Source of the DNA: a virus
DNA: 64,000 bases
IMG/VR virus record: IMGVR_UViG_3300037258_000514
Location: 32,001-96,000 of that record
Reading direction: 5' to 3' (one strand)
The position numbers and the translations under genes are program-made. This document shows positions 60,030-64,000 of this stretch, piece by piece. Within the stretch, counting starts at the first letter, position 1. Each line of letters begins with the position of its first letter. The notes below the pieces were generated by a model. That model saw only the letters and a list, made by a program, of their open reading frames with translations. It was not told the origin of the DNA and did no database searches.

Positions 60030-60398
60030 GAAAACTATAACGCACAGGCTGGACTGTGCCCGCCTGTGCGCTTCTTCCTTTTAGTTTACATTTTGCATTT
60101 CCTCTGTTTATCTTTAACATTTCTAAACAGTGTCAATAGTTTCATCTATATCATATATGATAAGATTTTTGTTGTTATACTCCCTGCATCTGCAAATGCA
60201 ATGGTACTGGAATATAACTCTCATCCTAGGTGCTTGAGTCGGAATACTGAATAAAAACAGGTCCTATCTTATCGTTCGCCGTCCTAGGTGCTCCGGCGCG
60301 TACTGCAATCTTGATTGTATTTTTAAGTTTTATCTGTTATTCTGTAGATGTTTTTTCAAGTTTTCATTATTTTGGTCCCCCTACCTCATTTATACCAA

Positions 60399-60672
60399 TT
60401 ACCTGTTTACCTTCCAAATGTTTCTAGCTACTTCTGCTTTGTGCCAAGCTTTAAATGTCGGTGTTTCGATTAGCTTTAAGAAAGCCTCTTTGCGATTAAA
60501 GATGTTGGTCACGACCATCGCGGTGCTCGGCTCGTGCTCCAGAAGCTAGATGAATCAATCTAACTCCATTTTGTTTAGCGTTCCTGCGTTGTCCGCCCTT
60601 ACCACCTGTGCAGAACGTTTGAATTTCAAAATCGTTCTTTGTTACACTAAACAACAACACTTTATTTTCCAT
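60399..60672 (-). CDS. GGQ peptide-chain release factor (ArfB/RF-1 domain) split by a +1 frameshift at CTT TAA
   Basis: Absent from the ORF track. RBS AAGGAG; MENKVLLFSVTKNDFEIQTFCTGGKGGQRRNAKQNGVRLIHLASGARAEHRDGRDQHL* continues in +1 as NRKEAFLKLIETPTFKAWHKAEVAR... Confidence 0.8.
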
Positions 60673-60689
60673 GTTGTTCTCCTTGAAAC

Positions 60690-60767
60690 TGGTAGGCGCG
60701 GAGGGATTCGAACCCCCAATTGATGCTGCTTTTGAGGCAACCGCTTTGCCAAGTTAGCTACGTGCGG
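60690..60767 (-). tRNA. tRNA-Leu(CAA) with a mismatched acceptor stem
   Basis: Loop CT-CAA-AA; CCGCACG vs CGCGCCT gives 3 mismatches. Confidence 0.7.
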
Positions 60768-61345
60768 ACAAAAAGTTTAGTAGTTCTTCCTTTTTCCCAT
60801 CCTTCTGATATGAAAAGAAGTATTTTGTTTTGTTTAATTTTAATCTCTTTTCCTTCTTTTCGTATCCAGCAAGTTCCAAACTGCGAGTTCCTCTCTGCAA
60901 TTTTCCTTGCATCAGTTAATGCTTCTTTAGCACGTACTTTGTTTTGCTCTTCTTTGTTATTTAATCTTTGTTGATTAATACTAGAAATGTTTTTTCTACC
61001 ACTAGAAGCTTGTATTTCCTTTGCTTTTTCTAAACCGTGTTTTTCGACCATCTTTTGCCATAAAGATTTATAATTACTACTGCAAATGTAATCAGCAGTA
61101 TTTTCTTTTCTTGTTCCCCAATACAAATGAAAAGGATTACTACACTTTCCATTGTTACATGCATGACATGCTTCTACGTTAATCTTATACGGAAGAGAAG
61201 TGTTTAGTATATAAGATAACGTTCCTCGCATTGCATATGAAACTAATGCAGAATTCCCTCCACGTTCTACGCATTGTTCATCTAATCTTAAATGCTTTTT
61301 CCGTTGTTCTAACGGAAGCAAGATATAGTCCTCAATTCGAATCAT
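60758..61345 (-). CDS. HNH/His-Cys endonuclease, paralog 4
   Basis: 'ACHACNNGKCSNPFHLYWGT..EN..D', 'NSQFGTCWI'; start revised to MIRIEDYILL. Confidence 0.85.
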   Translation of the reverse strand: MIRIEDYILLPLEQRKKHLRLDEQCVERGGNSALVSYAMRGTLSYILNTSLPYKINVEACHACNNGKCSNPFHLYWGTRKENTADYICSSNYKSLWQKMVEKHGLEKAKEIQASSGRKNISSINQQRLNNKEEQNKVRAKEALTDARKIAERNSQFGTCWIRKEGKEIKIKQNKILLFISEGWEKGRTTKLFVRT

Positions 61346-61352
61346 ATGGCAA

Positions 61353-61382
61353 ATTATAATTTGTAGTTGATTCAAAAATCAA
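61353..61382 (-). promoter_or_regulatory. sigma70 promoter, leaderless HNH transcript
   Basis: TTGATT-18-TATAAT-7-ATG. Confidence 0.65.
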
Positions 61383-61393
61383 GCAATGAAAAT

Positions 61394-61479
61394 TGGTAGG
61401 CCCTATCGGAGTTGAACCGATACTCCCGAAGGAAACGAGGCTTAAACTCGTTGCGTCTGCCGGATTCCGCCAAAGGCCC
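61394..61479 (-). tRNA. tRNA-Leu(TAA)
   Basis: Loop TT-TAA-GC, long variable arm, CCA. Confidence 0.92.
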
Positions 61480-61489
61480 GTAAAAGAAT

Positions 61490-61677
61490 TCAGAGAAGAA
61501 GGCTGTCATTAGTGACAGTAAAGAAGATTATCATCAATCTGTTTCTCTACTTAACCTAAGCGCGAAGCGCATCTATCACCTTGATCGGCCTCTCCACGAT
61601 CCTTCGGACTCAGCAATAGAGAACTTGCTACACCTAAATGCAATCCGCGGTGCTTTGCTAGTGTACATCTTCTCTGA
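61490..61677 (-). ncRNA. unassigned 188-nt structured RNA
   Basis: Closing stem TCAGAGAAGA/TCTTCTCTGA; internal hairpins including GCGC-TTC-GCGC and CTGTCA/TGACAG. Confidence 0.55.
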
Positions 61678-61688
61678 TACTTAAAAAT

Positions 61689-61763
61689 TGGTGGAGGGTA
61701 GGAGAGTCGAACTCCTGATACTTGGTTGCAGGCCAAGTGTGTTCCCGCTAGCACTAACCCCCC
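61689..61763 (-). tRNA. tRNA-Ala(TGC)
   Basis: G3:U70; loop CC-TGC-AA (C33). Confidence 0.88.
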
Positions 61764-61848
61764 AGATACCGCTCGCGTCCGAAACGTTTTGCCTAGGAGA
61801 GTTCCAAACAACAGGCGGTATTCATCCACGGAGCGACCGTGAAACTTA

Positions 61849-62610
61849 CTAATTAATTTTATGGGGCGGCAGATGGGAGTCAGACCCACTAAAAGATGCT
61901 CCACAGGCATCTGCCGCATCGTTTGGCTTCTGCCGCCGTAGCTTGATTTCTCTTCTTTCTAATAATCCGTTAAGAGATCCAAAGTTTGGTGTTAAAGAAT
62001 GACAACTCGGACAAAGTATTTTTACATTACTTCGTCTATTATTTGTTCTATCACCATCTACATGGTGAAACTCTGTTGGGATATTTCCCGTAGTAGGATG
62101 AATTCGCATCCAGCCACATTCTTCACAACTATTTCCGCGAAGTTCTATTAAAGCTCTCTGAGCGAAGTATTCAGTTAGATTATTTTCTCCTGCAAACCAT
62201 CTTTCCTTATCTAACTGCCATTTATGCGCTATCCTACATTTTCCGCTGCAATACTCATTTAAGCCTGTTTTACCACAGAACGTACAAAGCCTTCTTGGAA
62301 TTTTTATTCTTCCGATGTTATTAACTATCCCGGCGCAAGTTTTACTACAATATAATAATCCGTTTGGGCCAACAAAGTTAAAACATTCTGCGCGTTGGCA
62401 CTTTACTCTTTGTTTATTCTTTGTTCTAAGTAAAGCATTTTCTTTGTTAACTTGAACCGCTTTCTCTCGCCCTTTGTTCCAGCGTTCTTTTGCTTCTAAC
62501 GAAAGAACTTCGTGATAGGGTTTGCCTCCGACTTGTATACAGTAAGTTTTGTGCCTATTTAATCCACGAATGTCTTTGCATTCCTTACCACATATACAAT
62601 GAACAATCAT
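61849..62610 (-). CDS. HNH endonuclease with Zn fingers; ORF contains the whole tRNA-His
   Basis: 'CEECGW', 'HHVDGDRTNN...N...LCPSCHS'. Confidence 0.9.
   Translation of the reverse strand: MIVHCICGKECKDIRGLNRHKTYCIQVGGKPYHEVLSLEAKERWNKGREKAVQVNKENALLRTKNKQRVKCQRAECFNFVGPNGLLYCSKTCAGIVNNIGRIKIPRRLCTFCGKTGLNEYCSGKCRIAHKWQLDKERWFAGENNLTEYFAQRALIELRGNSCEECGWMRIHPTTGNIPTEFHHVDGDRTNNRRSNVKILCPSCHSLTPNFGSLNGLLERREIKLRRQKPNDAADACGASFSGSDSHLPPHKIN
61862..61937 (-). tRNA. tRNA-His(GTG)
   Basis: G-1:C73; loop CT-GTG-GA; atypical T loop TCTGACT. Confidence 0.85.
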
Positions 62611-62620
62611 ACACTGTTAT

Positions 62621-62653
62621 ACCAAGCGCCTAAACCATTCGGCCAACGTCACC
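62621..62653 (-). pseudogene. tRNA 5' half (His-like) truncated at the anticodon loop
   Basis: G-GTGACGT-TG-GCC-GAATGGTTTA-GGC-G-CTTGG-T, then 10 nt to the HNH ATG. Confidence 0.7.
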
Positions 62654-62867
62654 ATAAAACTTAAACTAATCTTCTCCGCGAATTTTTACGAGAGTCCTTT
62701 TTCTTAATTCAGGTAATGAATCTATCTTCTGAGCAAGGGCAAGAAGTTGGGATTCAATTCTACATGCTTCCCTATAAACTTCTTTCTCTTCAGGATTGTC
62801 TTGATTTGCTGCAAAAACTATCTTTGCAACTTCACGCGATATTGCCTCTGCTAAATTAATCATAACT

Positions 62868-62943
62868 TGGAGCCACCGGTGGGACTCGAACCCACGATTG
62901 ACAGTTTACAAAACTGTTGCTGTCGCCACTGAGCCACGGTGAC
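62868..62943 (-). tRNA. tRNA-Thr(TGT)
   Basis: Loop TT-TGT-AA, CCA. Confidence 0.92.
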
Positions 62944-62950
62944 TTAAAAT

Positions 62951-63024
62951 TGGAGCCGCCATCGGGAATCGAACCCGAGTAGATTGCTTACCAAGCAATT
63001 GAACTGCCACTGTTCTATAGCGAC
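62951..63024 (-). tRNA. tRNA-Thr(GGT)
   Basis: Loop TT-GGT-AA, CCA. Confidence 0.92.
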
Positions 63025-63064
63025 TTACTTACCACATTACCTTCTCAGCCGTCCTTTAGGAAAA

Positions 63065-63138
63065 TGGAGCCGGCAACAGGAATCGAACCTGTGTAGGTAG
63101 TTTACGAAACTACTGAACTGCCACTGTTCTATACCGAC
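63065..63138 (-). tRNA. tRNA-Thr(CGT)
   Basis: Loop TT-CGT-AA, CCA. Confidence 0.92.
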
Positions 63139-63543
63139 GTTTATGTATTACTAGGTCTTACTATCCTGGCGTTGATTCTATCCCTACTAAATCTTTCCAG
63201 GATATCCCAAAATACAGCATCAGGAACTTTCCTGTATTCTGATGTAACCATACCAAGGAAGAAGACCATTTCCGCTTCAGTCCACTCAACCAAACTAGCT
63301 GTTAGTATATGGCAGTCGTAAGTTGTTCTTGGCATAAACTTAATCGCGTCCTACTACTGTCATCGCTCGGCTACGTAGTAAGTAAAGAGGACAAAGCGAT
63401 AAAAGACCCTCACCGCGAAATCTTTACAAGGTTTCTACTCCGTTACAGGTAGCCTACCTCCACGACAGTTGCTATGAGCAAGGTTGAGTTCTCTGTAACT
63501 TAGGCTCAACGGGCGGCTCGGATTTGAACCGAGAAGTGTAATT

Positions 63544-63620
63544 TGGAGCACGGAACCGGAATCGAACCGGTGTATTGGCAGCTTTGCAGGCTGTCGCCTT
63601 ACCGTCTTGGCTATCCGTGC
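63544..63620 (-). tRNA. tRNA-Cys(GCA)
   Basis: Loop CT-GCA-AA, U73, CCA. Confidence 0.93.
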
Positions 63621-63795
63621 AAATTGTGCGGCAGAAGTAAACTAAATTACTTCTTCAACACTTTTACCAGTAGTTAATCCGACTGCGGGCGCTTAATAAT
63701 AACCCAATCATTGAGCCGCAAACTTCCGGGGTCTATCCTACTGCTGTCCTAGGTTCTCAGCGATTCGGTAAGACCCCGTTTTTGTGTAATATCTA

Positions 63796-63895
63796 TTGTC
63801 GGGAACAAGCGCTAACAGTTAGCGGTATCGAAACCGCAATTGGCTTACGAGGCCAATTTTTATCCAAGAAGTAGCTGTTAACTACGCCACGACAA
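63796..63895 (-). ncRNA. YrlA-like Y RNA
   Basis: GTCGTGGCGTAG...TACTTC...CTTGTTCCCGAC ends as I recall them for YrlA; internal anticodon-like and T-loop-like (TTCGAT) hairpins. Confidence 0.7.
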
Positions 63896-63901
63896 AGAAA
63901 A

Positions 63902-63976
63902 TGGAGCGGGTAAAGGAACTCGAATCCTTGTGTCTTGGGTGGAAACCAAGCATACTAGCCGCTGTATGATACCCGC
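63902..63976 (-). tRNA. tRNA-Gly(TCC)
   Basis: GCGGGTA start; loop TT-TCC-AC; U73, CCA. Confidence 0.92.
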
Positions 63977-64000
63977 TTAAAATTTTATTTTCCTTCCCAT

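Noticed and set aside
60085-60370. Programmed hypermutation or editing in an ORF broken by several frameshifts
   Set aside because: No reverse transcriptase or template repeat in the window; local sequencing error or decay is simpler. Kept only as a caveat for the release-factor frameshift.
1-64000. Genome-wide TAG recoding suggested by the CUA tRNA
   Set aside because: Long conserved genes are intact under code 11, and several (DNA polymerase, folE, LuxR regulator) end at TAG at their expected C-termini.

Overview
A 64-kb segment of a large tailed dsDNA bacteriophage (about 37-38% GC by eye; host not determinable). 1-8.7 kb (+): end of a tail gene, virion and lipoprotein genes, a papain-like peptidase and a LuxR-type regulator. 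8.8-9.5 kb (+): a self-contained unit made of a sigma70 promoter, a leaderless AUG-ACA-UAG-AUG start, a Pth2-like peptidyl-tRNA hydrolase and a tandem array of aberrant tRNA-like RNAs, one with an amber (CUA) anticodon. 9.6-46 kb (-): replication and recombination genes (DnaB, SbcCD, resolvase, RecA, SSB, clamp loader, UDG-PolA, beta clamp, primase), interleaved with a full 7-deazaguanine DNA-modification pathway (folE, queD, queE, queC, queF, dpdA) and two candidate tailoring enzymes. 46.2-47.5 kb: a small + strand island, possibly an origin. 49-64 kb (-): about 28 tRNA genes alternating with short ORFs and HNH/GIY-YIG/DUF559 endonucleases, a permuted two-piece tmRNA, a YrlA-like Y RNA, several unassigned structured RNAs, and a GGQ release-factor gene split at CUU-UAA. 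The main hypothesis is a phage translation-rescue system whose factors (Pth, RF) are each gated by an internal stop codon, working alongside tRNA-punctuated transcripts. All family assignments come from motif recognition by eye; no searches were run.
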